DNA of 64,000 nucleotides from Vitrella brassicaformis CCMP3155 (Eukaryota; Protista; Chromerida), in assembly GCA_001179505.1 (NCBI GenBank), contig CDMY01000227.1, forward strand, positions 558,001 through 622,000, given 5' to 3'. A model generated the notes under the pieces. The model was not told the origin of the DNA. It made no database searches and saw nothing but the letters and a program-made list of their open reading frames with translations. Positions 63,367-64,000 of the stretch are shown here, one piece after another; position 1 is the first letter of the stretch, and each line of letters begins with the position of its first letter. The translations under genes were made by a program, and so were the position numbers.

Positions 63367-64000
63367 CACACAAACAACACGCGTGCGGGCCTTTTGTTCT
63401 TTCTTTCGATCTTTCTTTCTGGATGTGTGTATGGCGACTCCTTTTTGATGCATACCCTGCCTACATCCACACACACTTACTCGTAAGCGAGTGCAAGCTT
63501 TGGTGTTTTCTTCTTTCCTTTTGGGTCTTTTGGGGGGCAGAAAGAATAGCCAGTCGATCACGTTGATGCATGCTTCGTCCGTTGGTTGTTGTTGTGGTGC
63601 GCGTCTAGTGCGTGTGTGTTGGTTTTGGTCTTCTCTCTGTGGCGGTGTCTATGCTGGATGGATTCCTGCTGAGCGAGGCGAGACAGACAACATCTCTGCG
63701 TGTGGCCCAGTCATGGCGTATGTGTGTACTCACGTCACGTCTTGTACAGACAGACAGACAGGCTGATGATTCCCACGGCAGAGACGCATCATAAGGGCGT
63801 GGGAGAGGGGAATATGTATGGTTTTCATACGGTGTTTTCGCGGGAAAGGATATACGGAATGCAATGCGCCCATTTGTTTTGTCAAGACCGGCCTGTGGCG
63901 TGTGCGCACTCATTCCTACCTACATGTGTTCTCTCTCCGTGTGTGTGGGTGTGTGGGGGGGGATCTGAATTTGATCTTCTTGATACCGTGAGCTTTGCGA

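Noticed and set aside
63605-64000. Possible 3' exons of a minus-strand gene entering from the right edge
   Set aside because: Exon-like stretch (RIAFRISFPAKTPYENHTYSPLPRPYDASLPW) but too little sequence to support a call

Overview
Gene-dense, intron-rich eukaryotic nuclear DNA. It is GC-rich, with short introns filled with CA/TG, GACA, CATC and GGGA microsatellites, and four placeholder gaps of exactly 300 N. The intron style, alveolate-type proteins, a motile-flagellum gene and a plastid-type bipartite presequence suggest a chromerid alga such as Vitrella brassicaformis (inference). About 21 protein-coding genes were reconstructed by hand by splicing exons: SRP9, a PTGES2-like glutaredoxin/GST, a CAMKK-like pseudokinase, a Cys-type sulfatase with LamG domains, a BTB-like protein, an ankyrin protein, a Piwi-clade Argonaute, an Aurora-like kinase, a secreted Cys-rich protein, an NTF2-like protein, CFAP65, a VOC/glyoxalase, SLY1, clathrin light chain, XPF/ERCC4, an LCM-family methyltransferase and several hypotheticals. 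No rRNA, tRNA, CRISPR or transposase was recognised. Three observations stand out. (1) The pseudokinase has its subdomains in circularly permuted order, VII-XI before I-VIb. (2) The full-length Piwi has an intact guide-binding pocket but a broken slicer tetrad (YRDG to YRCG, YAH to YAE). (3) Many introns have complementary microsatellites at their two ends, which could fold to bridge the splice sites. Exon boundaries and domain calls are manual and were not checked with any tool.
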